Assembly: GCA_048571215.1 (NCBI GenBank)
Contig: CP182352.1
Span: 800,001 to 864,000 of the forward strand
Length of the DNA stretch: 64,000 nt
Direction: 5' to 3'
From: Halarcobacter sp.
GTDB taxonomy: Bacteria > Campylobacterota > Campylobacteria > Campylobacterales > Arcobacteraceae
Shown here: positions 28,740-39,471 of the stretch, one piece after another
How the letters are laid out: every line of letters begins with the position of its first letter
How positions within the stretch are numbered: the stretch's first letter is position 1
Translations under genes and position numbers: made by a program
Notes under the pieces: generated by a model
What the model saw: only the letters and a program-made list of their open reading frames with translations
What the model was told of the DNA's origin: nothing
Databases searched by the model: none

Positions 28740-29626
28740 TATTTTATTACCTCATAATTTTTTAATACATCTTCAAGTTTTTTCATTGTTTTTGCACTAG
28801 GTGCAGTTAATGGAAGTCTATACTCTAAAGTATCCAATAATCCTGCAATATACATTGCTGCTTTAATAGGAATAGGATTTGCTTCAACAAATAGAGTTTT
28901 ATTTAATGCGTATAAATCATTGTTAATAGCTCTAGCAGTATCATAATCTCCATCAAAAACTGAGTGAACAATCTTACTTTTGTAGTTTGGTAATAGATTT
29001 GATGTTACTGATATAATACCTTTTGCACCACTTGCAAGCATTGGAAAATCTATTGCATCATCACCTGAAACTACACAAAGTTCAGGTCTTCTTGATAAAA
29101 GTTCAACAGCTCTTTCTAAACTTCCAGTTGCTTCTTTGATAGCATAGATATTTTTTACATCATCAAATAATCTAATAGCAGTATCTGCTTTTATATCTAC
29201 ACCTGTTCTTCCTGGTACATTATAAACCATAAAAGGAATTTCAACAGACTCGGCAATTGCTTTATAGTGTTGATAAAGTCCCTCTTGTGTTGGTTTGTTA
29301 TAATATGGAGCAACAGATAGTAATCCATCTGCACCTACAGATTGTGCATGTTTAGCTATATCGCAAGCTTCATGTGTAGCATTAGAACCAGCACCAGCAA
29401 TAACTTTTACATCTGTTCCTTTACATGTTGCAACTGCAATCTCTATACACTCTTTATGCTCTGCATGACTTAGCGTAGCACTTTCACCTGTAGTTCCCAC
29501 AGGAACAACAGCATTCATCCCTTGGGCAATTTGTCTTTTTATCAGTTCTTCATATTTGTTTGTATCAACTTTTCCATTTTTGAATGGGGTAATAAGTGCA
29601 GTCATCGCACCGGTAATAATTTCCAT
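28739..29626 (-). CDS. dapA: 4-hydroxy-tetrahydrodipicolinate synthase
   Basis: GTTGES, YNVPGRTG, IKEATG. Confidence 0.97.
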   Translation of the reverse strand: MEIITGAMTALITPFKNGKVDTNKYEELIKRQIAQGMNAVVPVGTTGESATLSHAEHKECIEIAVATCKGTDVKVIAGAGSNATHEACDIAKHAQSVGADGLLSVAPYYNKPTQEGLYQHYKAIAESVEIPFMVYNVPGRTGVDIKADTAIRLFDDVKNIYAIKEATGSLERAVELLSRRPELCVVSGDDAIDFPMLASGAKGIISVTSNLLPNYKSKIVHSVFDGDYDTARAINNDLYALNKTLFVEANPIPIKAAMYIAGLLDTLEYRLPLTAPSAKTMKKLEDVLKNYEVIK

Positions 29627-29635
29627 ATACTTCCT

Positions 29636-30103
29636 TTATATTTTTACATTTTCTTCTGGTAGTTTTAAACCAGTATCTACATTAACTGTATGTTTAGAGA
29701 AACTCTCTAAATAGCTCCAAAAACTTTCTTTAGCTTCATCTGAAATCTCTGTTTTTTTTAAAACTTCTTCCATACAACCAAGCCACTCTGTTCTTGCTTT
29801 TTCAGTGATAGAAAAAGGTTCGTGCGCTTTTATCATATCAAAGTGTCCTACTGTTTGGCTGTAGTATTTGGGACCACCACAAGCTTCAATAAAAAACTTA
29901 ACATTATGAGATTTTACTTTTGCTAACTCTTCCTCTTCTTGGGGAAAAAAGTTTGATATATCACTATCAACTAAGAGATCATAAAACTCATTAAATAGTT
30001 TAACTAAGCCTTTTTCACCTAATTCTTCATAAAAAAGTGGCTTGGGAAGTTCAAAATCAGGTTTTTCTCCAAATTTTGTTTTACTTACCTTATACTGCAT
30101 CAT
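29636..30103 (-). CDS. Truncated (2/2) hemoglobin-like protein
   Basis: FYD, FFP, GGPKYY, HEPFSI, WLGCM pattern. Confidence 0.75.
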   Translation of the reverse strand: MMQYKVSKTKFGEKPDFELPKPLFYEELGEKGLVKLFNEFYDLLVDSDISNFFPQEEEELAKVKSHNVKFFIEACGGPKYYSQTVGHFDMIKAHEPFSITEKARTEWLGCMEEVLKKTEISDEAKESFWSYLESFSKHTVNVDTGLKLPEENVKI

Positions 30104-31446
30104 TACTTTTCTTCCTTTTTTAGTATTAATGTAGTTGAATTTTTCTTCGTTAAATATCTCTTTGCTACATTAATAATATCATCTTTTTTTAGTTTTTGAA
30201 CACTATTTTCATACTCAAGTAAAGGTTCAATATTACCTCTTACAAAATAACTTCCATATAAAGAAGCTACTGAACTTGAACTCTCTAATGAGAATACAAA
30301 ATCAGCTTTTGTATTTAGTTTTATCTTTTCTATCTCTTCTTTTTTTATTTTACCAGCTTTTATATCTTCAACTATTTTCAAAATCTCTTTTTTTACATCT
30401 TTTGCATCTACATTTTCATTACAAACAGCCATAAATATGAAAACACCTGGGTCTTTTAGTTCCATATTGTATGCATAAATAGAGTTTACTAATCTTTTTT
30501 TATCAACTAACTCTTTTTGTAAATATGAACTTTTACCAGAACTTAGTAGTTCACTAAGAGCTGATAGGGCAACTTGATCTTTATGCTCATAATTTGGAAT
30601 ATGATAAGCAATTGCAATCATTTGTACTTGTGTATCTTTATAAACTACAATATTTTTTTCACCATCTTGTTTTGGCTCTATAGTATGAAGTTTATTTATT
30701 ATCTCTTTTTTATTCTCTATTTTATCAAAATATTTTTTTGTTGATTCAAAAACTTGCTCTTTTTTAATATCTCCTGCAACTACAACTATTGCATTTTTTG
30801 GTTGATAATAAGTTGAGTGAAAATCTCTAATATCTTCTATTGTCCAGCTTTTAATATCATCCATAAAACCAATAGGTGTCCAGTGGTATGGGTGGTAAAT
30901 ATAGGTATTATTAAAAAGTCTATATTGTAAATAACCCATTGGGTTATTGTCTGTTCTCCAACGTCTTTCTTCAGCAACAACATCTCTTTCTGGTTGAAAC
31001 TCTTCATCTTTTAGTTTTAAATTCTTCATTAGTTCTGCAAAGAGTTCTAAAGATTTGTCTAAGTTTTTAGAGCTTGATTTTATATAATATTTTGTATAGT
31101 CAAAAGAAGTTGAAGCATTGTTTACTCCACCAAAACCTTTAACTATCTCATCAAACTCTCCTGCTTTTAGGTTTTTTGTTGATTTGAAGTTTAGATGCTC
31201 TAACATATGGGCAATACCAGATTTTCCCATTATTTCATTTCTACTTCCAACATTATAAAAAATATTAGTTGATACTACATTTGAACCGTTGTCCATAGGT
31301 ATTGCAACAATTTGCAATCCATTATCTAAAGTTTGCGTATAATATTTTGGTAAACTCTGACTCATTAAATCTCCCGCTAATAAAATGAAAAATGAAAAAT
31401 GAAAAATGAAAAATTTCATTTTATTTATATCTTTTCTATAATTCAT
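30103..31446 (-). CDS. M16-family zinc peptidase (likely start 31419)
   Basis: HMLEH inverted zinc motif, NASTS, EERRWR. Confidence 0.92.
   Translation of the reverse strand: MNYRKDINKMKFFIFHFSFFILLAGDLMSQSLPKYYTQTLDNGLQIVAIPMDNGSNVVSTNIFYNVGSRNEIMGKSGIAHMLEHLNFKSTKNLKAGEFDEIVKGFGGVNNASTSFDYTKYYIKSSSKNLDKSLELFAELMKNLKLKDEEFQPERDVVAEERRWRTDNNPMGYLQYRLFNNTYIYHPYHWTPIGFMDDIKSWTIEDIRDFHSTYYQPKNAIVVVAGDIKKEQVFESTKKYFDKIENKKEIINKLHTIEPKQDGEKNIVVYKDTQVQMIAIAYHIPNYEHKDQVALSALSELLSSGKSSYLQKELVDKKRLVNSIYAYNMELKDPGVFIFMAVCNENVDAKDVKKEILKIVEDIKAGKIKKEEIEKIKLNTKADFVFSLESSSSVASLYGSYFVRGNIEPLLEYENSVQKLKKDDIINVAKRYLTKKNSTTLILKKEEK
31382..31414. repeat. Heptamer tandem repeat (AAAATGA)x4.7
   Basis: Read directly; lies in the peptidase signal-peptide region. 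Confidence 0.8.
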
Positions 31447-31460
31447 ATTGTAATTCTTTT

Positions 31461-32555
31461 TTATTTTAAATCTGAACCTATTACTTCTAAGATGTTATTA
31501 TATCCATCTTCTTTCATAAGTTCTAATATACCTTCATTGATTTTTCTAACCATAGAAGGACCTTCAAATATCATTCCCGAATAAACTTGCACAAGGGATG
31601 CTCCAGCTTTAAGCCTTTTGTATGCTTCTTTCGCATCTAAAATACCACCAACAGAGATTAAAGTTGTTTTTCCATAAAGCTCTTTTGCTATTTGTTTAAA
31701 TAGTTCATAAGATTTATTTGTCAAACAAGCTCCACTTAAACCACCAAAATCTTGACAGTTTTCAACAAGTGAATAATCAATTGTTGTATTTGTTGCAATT
31801 ATTCCAGCTGCTCCTGCATTAACTGCTGTATTACAAAGTTCTATTGCCACATCAACTTCCATATCAGGAGCTATTTTTAGAAAAATTGGTTTAGACGTTA
31901 ACTCTTTTGCCATAGTAAAAAGTTCAGTAATAAACTTTTCATTTTGCAAATCTCTTAAATTAGGTGTATTTGGACTTGAGATATTTATAACTAAATAATC
32001 ACTTGTATCTTCAAATTTTCTAATTAAAACCTTATAATCATTTAAAGCAAACTCTTCAGGAGTTATTTTATTTTTCCCAATATTAGCCCCAATAGGGATA
32101 GTAAAAGGGTAAACTTTTTTTAAATTTTCTAATACTTTTGTTGAACCTTCATTGTTAAAACCCATAGCATTTTGAACAGACTTTTGTTCAGGATACCTAA
32201 ACATTCGTGGCTTTGGGTTTCCATCTTGAGCTTTTGGTGTCATAGTTCCAATCTCAGTAAAACCAAATCCAAGTGAAGGCATAGCTCTTACCATTGTAGC
32301 ATTTTTATCAAAACCTGCTGCCAATCCAACAGGGTTAATAAAGTTCATACCTAAAATCTCTTGGGATAGTTTAGGATTCATTACAAAGTTTTTATTAACC
32401 ATATAGTTATTTAAAATTCTACAGTTAGGTAATATCTTTAAACCTAGTTCAGCAATATTATGTGCTGTCTCAGGTTGAAAAAGAAAAAGTATTTTTTTAA
32501 TAGTTTCGTAACTTAACAAATAAATCCTTTTTAAAAATTTTAATATTTTATCCAA
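31461..32555 (-). CDS. pyrD: Quinone-dependent dihydroorotate dehydrogenase (true start probably slightly downstream)
   Basis: GLAAGFDKN, NISSPNTPNLR, GGLSG. Confidence 0.95.
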   Translation of the reverse strand: MDKILKFLKRIYLLSYETIKKILFLFQPETAHNIAELGLKILPNCRILNNYMVNKNFVMNPKLSQEILGMNFINPVGLAAGFDKNATMVRAMPSLGFGFTEIGTMTPKAQDGNPKPRMFRYPEQKSVQNAMGFNNEGSTKVLENLKKVYPFTIPIGANIGKNKITPEEFALNDYKVLIRKFEDTSDYLVINISSPNTPNLRDLQNEKFITELFTMAKELTSKPIFLKIAPDMEVDVAIELCNTAVNAGAAGIIATNTTIDYSLVENCQDFGGLSGACLTNKSYELFKQIAKELYGKTTLISVGGILDAKEAYKRLKAGASLVQVYSGMIFEGPSMVRKINEGILELMKEDGYNNILEVIGSDLK

Positions 32556-32577
32556 AAAGTATTAAAAAAAAGTTGAT

Positions 32578-34287
32578 TTATATATTTGCTAAGTTATATA
32601 GTCGTTTATACTCATCACAATTTTGTAATAAACTCTCTTCAGAACCTGTACAAACAATTTTACCTTTATTGAAAACGGCAATGTTATCTGCATTTTTTAC
32701 AGTACTTAATCTATGGGCAATTACAAAGGTGATTCTGTCTTTTCCAACTTCATCTATAACTTCTGAAATAATCGATTCACTTTCATTATCAAGTGCTGAT
32801 GTTGCTTCATCTAAGATAAGAATTTGTGGGTCTTTATATAAAGCTCTAGCTATTGCAATTCTTTGTCTTTGTCCTCCACTTAAGTTTGTACCAAACTCAT
32901 CAAGTCTTGTATAAATACCATTACTCAAGGCATTGATAAAGGCATAAGCATGGGCTTGTTTTAAGGCATCAATTACTTTTTTTTCATCTATCTTATATCC
33001 ATATGCTACATTTGCAGCAACTGTATCATTAAAGATATATACCCTTTGGGTTACTATAGAGACATTTTTCTTTAGATCATCAATATCAATATCTTTTACG
33101 GAGGTATTATTAAATAATATCTTACCTTCATTGGTATCATAAAATCTAATAAGAAGATTAGTAACAGAAGATTTACCTCCTCCACTATCACCAACTAAGG
33201 CAAATTTTTCACCTTTTTTTACAGATAAATTAATATCCTCTAATGCTATAAAATCATCATATTTTAATTGAACATTTTTAAATTCAATTTTTTCAATCTG
33301 TTTTGGGAAAGGCTCATTTCCTGTAATAATTGTTGATTTTTCTTCAAAAATATTTCTAATTCTTACATCTGCTGCAATAGCATCTTGAAGTTGATTGTAT
33401 AATGATGATAATCTTTTTATTGGTGTATATAAAGAGAATAGGGCTGTTGTAAATGAAAGAAATGAACCGGTTGTTAAAGTTCCATTTATAACCTCTAATC
33501 CTCCAACTATTATTACTACAGCAAAACCAATTGAACCTATAATCTCCATTATTGGAGATATTAGAGCATTTGTTTTTACAGTTTTTAAAGTTACATTAAA
33601 AAAGTTTTGATTGTGTCTACTAAAACTTTCAAGCTCTATATTATTTGTTGAGTTAGCTTTTATTAGTTCTACATTGTTAAAAGTTTCACTTAAATGTGAG
33701 GTGATATCTGAAATAGATTCTTGAGATTTAAAAGATAATTTTTTCATCTTTTTTGCAAGTTTTGATAGGGGCCAAATGGCTATTGGAAGTACAACTAAAC
33801 CATAAAAAGATAATTCTGCACTTTGATAGATTGCAACACCTACAAGTCCCACAATTGTAAGAGCCTCTCTAATCATATCTGCAACATAATTTGAAACTGC
33901 CATTTGAATTCTATTTATATCATTTGTTATTCTAGATATAAGTTCTCCCCCATGCTTTTTTTGGAAAAAAGCCATATCTAAATCAAGAATGTGAGTTAGT
34001 AGTTTGTCTCTAATAATTCTTACGATATCTTGTCCAATATAGGAGATATAATATTTTTGAATATATCCACCCATACCCTTTGCAGTATAAATTCCTACAA
34101 CTATAAAGGGCATAATATAAAGCATATTTATATTTTTATTTATAAAAATATCATCTAATAAAGGTTGAATAATATATACAGAACCAGCTGTACCACCTGC
34201 AACTAGTATCATACCAATAACTGCATAGAAGAACTTTAGTTTATAGTTTTTAATATAAGGTAAATAGTGTTTGTAAAACTCTTTCAT
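32578..34287 (-). CDS. msbA: MsbA-like ABC exporter
   Basis: TM domain, GDSGGGKS, LSGGQRQ, LDEATSALD; next to murJ/pyrD. Confidence 0.8.
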   Translation of the reverse strand: MKEFYKHYLPYIKNYKLKFFYAVIGMILVAGGTAGSVYIIQPLLDDIFINKNINMLYIMPFIVVGIYTAKGMGGYIQKYYISYIGQDIVRIIRDKLLTHILDLDMAFFQKKHGGELISRITNDINRIQMAVSNYVADMIREALTIVGLVGVAIYQSAELSFYGLVVLPIAIWPLSKLAKKMKKLSFKSQESISDITSHLSETFNNVELIKANSTNNIELESFSRHNQNFFNVTLKTVKTNALISPIMEIIGSIGFAVVIIVGGLEVINGTLTTGSFLSFTTALFSLYTPIKRLSSLYNQLQDAIAADVRIRNIFEEKSTIITGNEPFPKQIEKIEFKNVQLKYDDFIALEDINLSVKKGEKFALVGDSGGGKSSVTNLLIRFYDTNEGKILFNNTSVKDIDIDDLKKNVSIVTQRVYIFNDTVAANVAYGYKIDEKKVIDALKQAHAYAFINALSNGIYTRLDEFGTNLSGGQRQRIAIARALYKDPQILILDEATSALDNESESIISEVIDEVGKDRITFVIAHRLSTVKNADNIAVFNKGKIVCTGSEESLLQNCDEYKRLYNLANI

Positions 34288-34345
34288 TTTTCTCCCATAG
34301 TTTTTATTTAGTTTAAAAGGGAGATTATATCTAAAACTTATTTAA

Positions 34346-35659
34346 TCATATTAGTTTATCAATTTTAAATAAATTTTTAAACTTTTTATATCCAAAAGCT
34401 TTGATTGTAAGAAAAAATAGAATAAAACCACTTAAGGTACTTGCAAATGCAAGACCTGCTGCTTGATAAGGAACAATCAAGATAAGTGAAAAAACTATAT
34501 TTGCTCCTAAGGCTTTCATTGAGATTTTAGCTGCTAGGAACTGTTGTTCTTTTGCATATAACCAAAGGGAGAAGATTTTAGCTAAACCAAAAGGTATTAG
34601 TCCTATTAAATACATCGATAGAATTAAAGCAGTATTTTGTGTATCATTATTTAAAAAAGCTCCCCTTTCAAATAGAAGCTTGATAATTAATTCATTAAAA
34701 ACAATACCTATAAATGATGCAATAAAAAGTAAAGCAAATAAAATAATAGAAGATTTTTTCATCAATCTTAATGCTTTTTCTTCATCTTTATTTTTTATTG
34801 ATTTTGCTATCATTGGGAATAGGGCAACTGAGGTTGCAATTGCAAAAAGTGCAAGGGGTAATTGAAAAACTCTATTTGCATAATAAAGATATGATATAGA
34901 ACCTGTAACTAAAAATGAAGCTAACCAAGTATCTAAAAAAGCAGAAATATGTGCAGTGGAACTTCCCATAGTTGCTCCAAAGAAACTTTTATAAAATCTA
35001 TTTTCTTCCTTTTTTTCATGTTTTTTAAATGTAAATATCTTACATAGATTATAATTTTTTATTGCAAGTAAGTGAACAATAACTTGTAATAATCCACCTA
35101 TTATAACCCCATATGAAAGATAATAAGTTATCTCATACTTATCTAGATTTTTTGAGATTAATAAAGCGGCAATAAGACTTATATTTAGTAAAGCTGTTGA
35201 ATAAGCAGTTGTTGCAAAATGGTTTTTGTATTGAAGCAGGGCAGCCATAAAGGTTACTATAAATATTAAAGGTAGATAATAAAAATTTATAGCTACCAAT
35301 GGAGCAGCTAAATCAACAGTTGCTTTATCAAATCCTAGGGCTATAGCTTTTGTAATATATGATGAAAAAAGTGAAACTATTATAGATAAAAAAAGTAAAA
35401 ATGCAATTAGCTGCAAGAAAATAACAGAAGAGAATCTAACTTTATATTTTGATTTTGCATATGAAGGGATAAAGGCTTGTGTAAAAGCACCCTCTGCAAA
35501 AATTCTTCTAAAAAGATTTGGTAGTTTAAAGGCTACAAAAAAGATATCAGAATATATGTTTGCACCTAAGATTGAAGCAGTTAATAGGTCTCTTATAAAT
35601 CCTAAAATTCTAGAGAATAATATACCACTACTATTTGTAAAAATTGATTTAATTAACAT
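34346..35659 (-). CDS. murJ: Lipid II flippase MurJ
   Basis: SRILGFIRD, PNLFRRIFAEGAF. Confidence 0.93.
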   Translation of the reverse strand: MLIKSIFTNSSGILFSRILGFIRDLLTASILGANIYSDIFFVAFKLPNLFRRIFAEGAFTQAFIPSYAKSKYKVRFSSVIFLQLIAFLLFLSIIVSLFSSYITKAIALGFDKATVDLAAPLVAINFYYLPLIFIVTFMAALLQYKNHFATTAYSTALLNISLIAALLISKNLDKYEITYYLSYGVIIGGLLQVIVHLLAIKNYNLCKIFTFKKHEKKEENRFYKSFFGATMGSSTAHISAFLDTWLASFLVTGSISYLYYANRVFQLPLALFAIATSVALFPMIAKSIKNKDEEKALRLMKKSSIILFALLFIASFIGIVFNELIIKLLFERGAFLNNDTQNTALILSMYLIGLIPFGLAKIFSLWLYAKEQQFLAAKISMKALGANIVFSLILIVPYQAAGLAFASTLSGFILFFLTIKAFGYKKFKNLFKIDKLI

Positions 35660-37199
35660 CTATGTCGCTTTTGTTATGAATTATTAGTTGAATATTTGAC
35701 TTATAATATCCAAGTTGTGCTTTTTTTATGAAAATTTTTGAGCCATTTTTTGGAATATCTTTTTTTTCTTTAAAATATATTTTTATTTTTTTATTATCAA
35801 AATATAAATTTCCATTTTTATAAAACCCTTTTAGATTTGTGATAATCTCATTTTGATATTTTAAATCAAAGAGATCTATTTTTTTCCCATCTAAGTATAG
35901 TTTTTCATAATCTTTTATTTTTCCATTATATTTAGCTATTTTAAAATCAACTATCTCTTTTAATCCAAAAAAATCTTTTATTTTATACACTATCAAATTG
36001 TATGAAGAGCCTAAAGACAAATTTTCTGCATTGTTATAAAAGTAGATTGCTCTATCATTTTTTTGTTTTAAAATAGCACTATTTTTATTTTTGTATATCA
36101 CTATAACATTTTCAATAAGACTAGCATTTTGCAGGTTTTCTATGTTGTAAAGTTGTGATATTTTATTTATGATTTGTTTAGGCTCTTTTTTTATATAACT
36201 GATATTTCTATCAGTGGAAAAACTTGCAGTAATAGGAAGATGATCTGAATAACCTTCGCCTTTATGGGTTTTATTTTTTATCTGCCATCTGAATATTTTT
36301 TTATTTTCATATAGATATTTTGCTTTAAAAACTTTAAAACTATTTTTAATATATGAAATATTTTTATTATCAACAAGAGCAGGAGGTAAGATAATACTAT
36401 CTGGGGTATTGTTTTGTCCCTTATAAAAAGTTGAGAATCTATTAGGATAAGATAACTCTAACCACAAGTTATAGTGAACTCTTTTTTTAAAATTAGAAAT
36501 ATTTTCCAAGGTGATAAATCTTTTATTTATAGTTGTGTTAAGAACTTGATTTATACCTGTTATAGAGTAGGTGTCATTTAACTTTTCATTAAATTTAATA
36601 CTCTCAAACTCGTTATAGTTTGAGTTAAAATCCCCAACTAAGATATAATCTAAATCTTTTGGAAGTTTATTTACTCTATCAAATAGATATTTAGCATATT
36701 TTATTCTATAACTTTCACTAGATCGTTTTGAAGGCCAATGGTTATTAAATATTTTAAATTCACCATTATCTAAAGAAAAAGTTACCTCTTGTATAGGTCT
36801 AAACAACTTATTTGTAAATTTTACATCTATTTTTTTTGAAGATTTGATTTTAATCTTACTTAAGATAGCTAAACCAACACTTCCATTTTTATATTTGTAA
36901 AAACTATAATATTTATATTGGGGTAACTTTTTTTTTAAAAGTTTTATTAGATGTTCATTTTCTATCTCTTGTAGGGCAAAAATATCAGAATCTAAATCTT
37001 TTAAAACTTTTACTAGATTGTTGAATTTTTTATTAAATGTTCTTTGGTTCCAAAGGGCTTTTGTATTTGGTATATATTCACTATATTCAGTTCCATCATA
37101 GTTCAAATCAAATAGATTTTCCACATTGTATGAACTTACTGTAAAAGTTTTTGCATATAAAGATAGGGTTAAAAAAAGAAAAAAAAGTGATTTTACCAA
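35649..37199 (-). CDS. Exported endonuclease/exonuclease/phosphatase-family protein
   Basis: YNVENLFD, LQEIE, NHWPS, GDFN, SDHLP. Confidence 0.85.
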   Translation of the reverse strand: MVKSLFFLFLTLSLYAKTFTVSSYNVENLFDLNYDGTEYSEYIPNTKALWNQRTFNKKFNNLVKVLKDLDSDIFALQEIENEHLIKLLKKKLPQYKYYSFYKYKNGSVGLAILSKIKIKSSKKIDVKFTNKLFRPIQEVTFSLDNGEFKIFNNHWPSKRSSESYRIKYAKYLFDRVNKLPKDLDYILVGDFNSNYNEFESIKFNEKLNDTYSITGINQVLNTTINKRFITLENISNFKKRVHYNLWLELSYPNRFSTFYKGQNNTPDSIILPPALVDNKNISYIKNSFKVFKAKYLYENKKIFRWQIKNKTHKGEGYSDHLPITASFSTDRNISYIKKEPKQIINKISQLYNIENLQNASLIENVIVIYKNKNSAILKQKNDRAIYFYNNAENLSLGSSYNLIVYKIKDFFGLKEIVDFKIAKYNGKIKDYEKLYLDGKKIDLFDLKYQNEIITNLKGFYKNGNLYFDNKKIKIYFKEKKDIPKNGSKIFIKKAQLGYYKSNIQLIIHNKSDIDVN

Positions 37200-37236
37200 A
37201 CTCTCTCCAAACTATTAAATAATTTGGTATTTTATC

Positions 37237-37261
37237 TAAGAGTAGATAAAATCTACTCTTA
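37237..37261 (-). terminator. Hairpin after rubrerythrin gene
   Basis: TAAGAGTAGAT-AAA-ATCTACTCTTA. Confidence 0.7.
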
Positions 37262-37269
37262 AAACTTTG

Positions 37270-37923
37270 TTATTTTTTACTATTAAGTCTTGATTGATAC
37301 TCTTGAGGATGTTTACAAACTGGACACATTTTTAAGGCTTTTTTACCTCTATGAACATGACCACACACTTCACAAATCCATTCTTCTTCATCATTATCAC
37401 TTTCAAACTCTTTACCTGATTCTAATCTCTCAAGTAACATTTTGTACATATTTTCATGTTCTATCTCAATATTTCCAATCAATTCTAACATTTTAGAAAT
37501 CTGTTTTTTACCTTCATCTTTTGCAATAGCTGCAAAATCTGGATACATAGTAGTATTTTCATAACTTTCACCAGCTATTGCAGCCTTTAAGTTTTCAACT
37601 GTATCACCTAATTCTTTACCAGTAAGCATCTCATTATATGCTCTAAACTCTAAGTTAGCATGTTTTTTCTCATTGTTTGCAGCTCTTTGGAAATGTTCAG
37701 CAATATCTCTATAACCCTCTTTTTGAGCTACTTTCGCAAAATATTCGTATTTGTTTCTTGCCATTGATTCACCTGCAAAGGCTTTCATTAGGTTAACAGC
37801 AGTTAAGTTTTCTGTACACATCTCCATTGCTTTACCACAGCAGTGTAATTCTCCACCACCAACTTTTTGAACTTCAACTATGTTTCCACACTCTTTACAT
37901 ACATATGATTCATATTGTCTCAT
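37270..37923 (-). CDS. Desulforubrerythrin (desulforedoxin + rubrerythrin + rubredoxin-like)
   Basis: CKECG...CCG; AFAGES, EKKH, EIEH; CEVCG...CPVC. Confidence 0.9.
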   Translation of the reverse strand: MRQYESYVCKECGNIVEVQKVGGGELHCCGKAMEMCTENLTAVNLMKAFAGESMARNKYEYFAKVAQKEGYRDIAEHFQRAANNEKKHANLEFRAYNEMLTGKELGDTVENLKAAIAGESYENTTMYPDFAAIAKDEGKKQISKMLELIGNIEIEHENMYKMLLERLESGKEFESDNDEEEWICEVCGHVHRGKKALKMCPVCKHPQEYQSRLNSKK

Positions 37924-38134
37924 TTTTTCTCCTTGAATTTTATTTTTTATTTTAAATCAAAATTTTATCAAAAGATAAAAATTATCCTTTAGGTAATGAA
38001 ATTATAGTTTTTTCAAACTTAAAGGAAAATAATTTTCCTTTACTAATGAAAATTAATAAATTAAAATTATAGTTTTTTATAATAACATTACAATGTTTAA
38101 TTCTGCAATAGTATAGCAGGAAAGGAAAGAAAAT

Positions 38135-38539
38135 ATGATAGATAGCTCAAATTTATTAAAAGATTATAATCTAAAAGTAACTCCACAAAGAGTTGCAATA
38201 GTTGAAGAGTTATATGCACATGGACATATGAATATAGATGAACTTTATAAAAATTTGTTAAAAAAATTTCCTTCTATTTCATTAGCAACTATTTATAAAA
38301 ATGTAAATGCAATGATAGAAAAAGTTTTTTTAAATGAAGTAAAAATACCAGAAACAAAATCTGTGTATGAATTAGTAAAAGAGGAACACTCACATTTAGT
38401 TTGTAAATCGTGTGGTAAAATTGAAGATGTAATAATAGATACTTCACCTCTACAAAGCTCTCTTTATTCTAAGTCAAACTTTAAAGTAGAAAATATAGAA
38501 GTTGTATTTTCTGGAGTTTGTGAAAACTGTGCAAAATAG
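38135..38539 (+). CDS. perR: Fur-family regulator, PerR-like
   Basis: TPQR, SLATIYK, HSHLVCKSCG, CENC; divergent from rubrerythrin. Confidence 0.75.
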   Translation: MIDSSNLLKDYNLKVTPQRVAIVEELYAHGHMNIDELYKNLLKKFPSISLATIYKNVNAMIEKVFLNEVKIPETKSVYELVKEEHSHLVCKSCGKIEDVIIDTSPLQSSLYSKSNFKVENIEVVFSGVCENCAK

Positions 38540-38552
38540 TTCAAGATAGCCT

Positions 38553-39470
38553 TTATAGGCTATTTTGAATAACAAGTCCTAAAACTACAAGTAATACAAT
38601 TCCTGCACTTTTATTATAAAGTTTATTAGCTGTTATAAATACAAGCATAAATGAAACTATAAATGCGGCAGCTATATCAAAAAAGTTTGCACTTAAATCA
38701 ACATTTAGTGGATTTACTATAGAACTTACTCCTAAAACCATAGTAAAGTTTGCTACATTTGAACCTATGATATTACCAATTGCTAAATCTGCATTATTAT
38801 TCATAGCTGATTTTATAGAAATAGTAAGTTCAGGTAAACTTGTTCCAAAAGCAACTAAAAATAAACCTATAATCCACTCACTAACTCCAAAGTCTCTTGC
38901 GATGTTTCCAGCACTGTCAATTGCAAAATCAGCTCCACCAACAACAAATACAAATCCAATAGCAAGTAAACCAGCAGTTTTTGGCCAATTGAATTTCTCT
39001 TTTGACAAATCTAAATCTATCTCTTCAACTTGGTTTGAACCAACAAGAAATATCAAATAAGCACCCATAAGACATAAAAATAAAATACCATCAACAAAAT
39101 TTAATTTACCATCTATTGACATAAGTATAAATACTAAAATAGGAAATAAAGACCATGCTGAATCCATAGCAAAAAGGTCTCTTTTGGGAGAAATTTTTTT
39201 AGCTAACAAAAATACAGAACCAAGCACAAGGGAGATATTAAAAATAGTACTACCTATTACATTTGCAACAGCAATATCTCCACTTCCTTTTATAGAAGCA
39301 GACATTGAAACAGCCATTTCAGGTAGTGAAGTTCCAACAGCAACTAGAGTAGCTCCAATAACAAAGTGAGAGATATTGTAATGTAAGGCGATTTTTTCGC
39401 TTTGTTGGATTATAAAATCTGCACCATAAATTAATGCTCCCATTGAGACTATAAATATTATAAAATCCAT
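38553..39470 (-). CDS. Calcium/sodium antiporter
   Basis: Two GTSLPE alpha repeats. Confidence 0.9.
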   Translation of the reverse strand: MDFIIFIVSMGALIYGADFIIQQSEKIALHYNISHFVIGATLVAVGTSLPEMAVSMSASIKGSGDIAVANVIGSTIFNISLVLGSVFLLAKKISPKRDLFAMDSAWSLFPILVFILMSIDGKLNFVDGILFLCLMGAYLIFLVGSNQVEEIDLDLSKEKFNWPKTAGLLAIGFVFVVGGADFAIDSAGNIARDFGVSEWIIGLFLVAFGTSLPELTISIKSAMNNNADLAIGNIIGSNVANFTMVLGVSSIVNPLNVDLSANFFDIAAAFIVSFMLVFITANKLYNKSAGIVLLVVLGLVIQNSL

Positions 39471-39471
39471 T

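Noticed and set aside
37992..38020. difH-like site (TAATGAAATTATAGTTTTTTCAAACTT)
   Set aside because: Weak resemblance from memory only. It is better explained as the TATAAT promoter/PerR region of the rubrerythrin gene.
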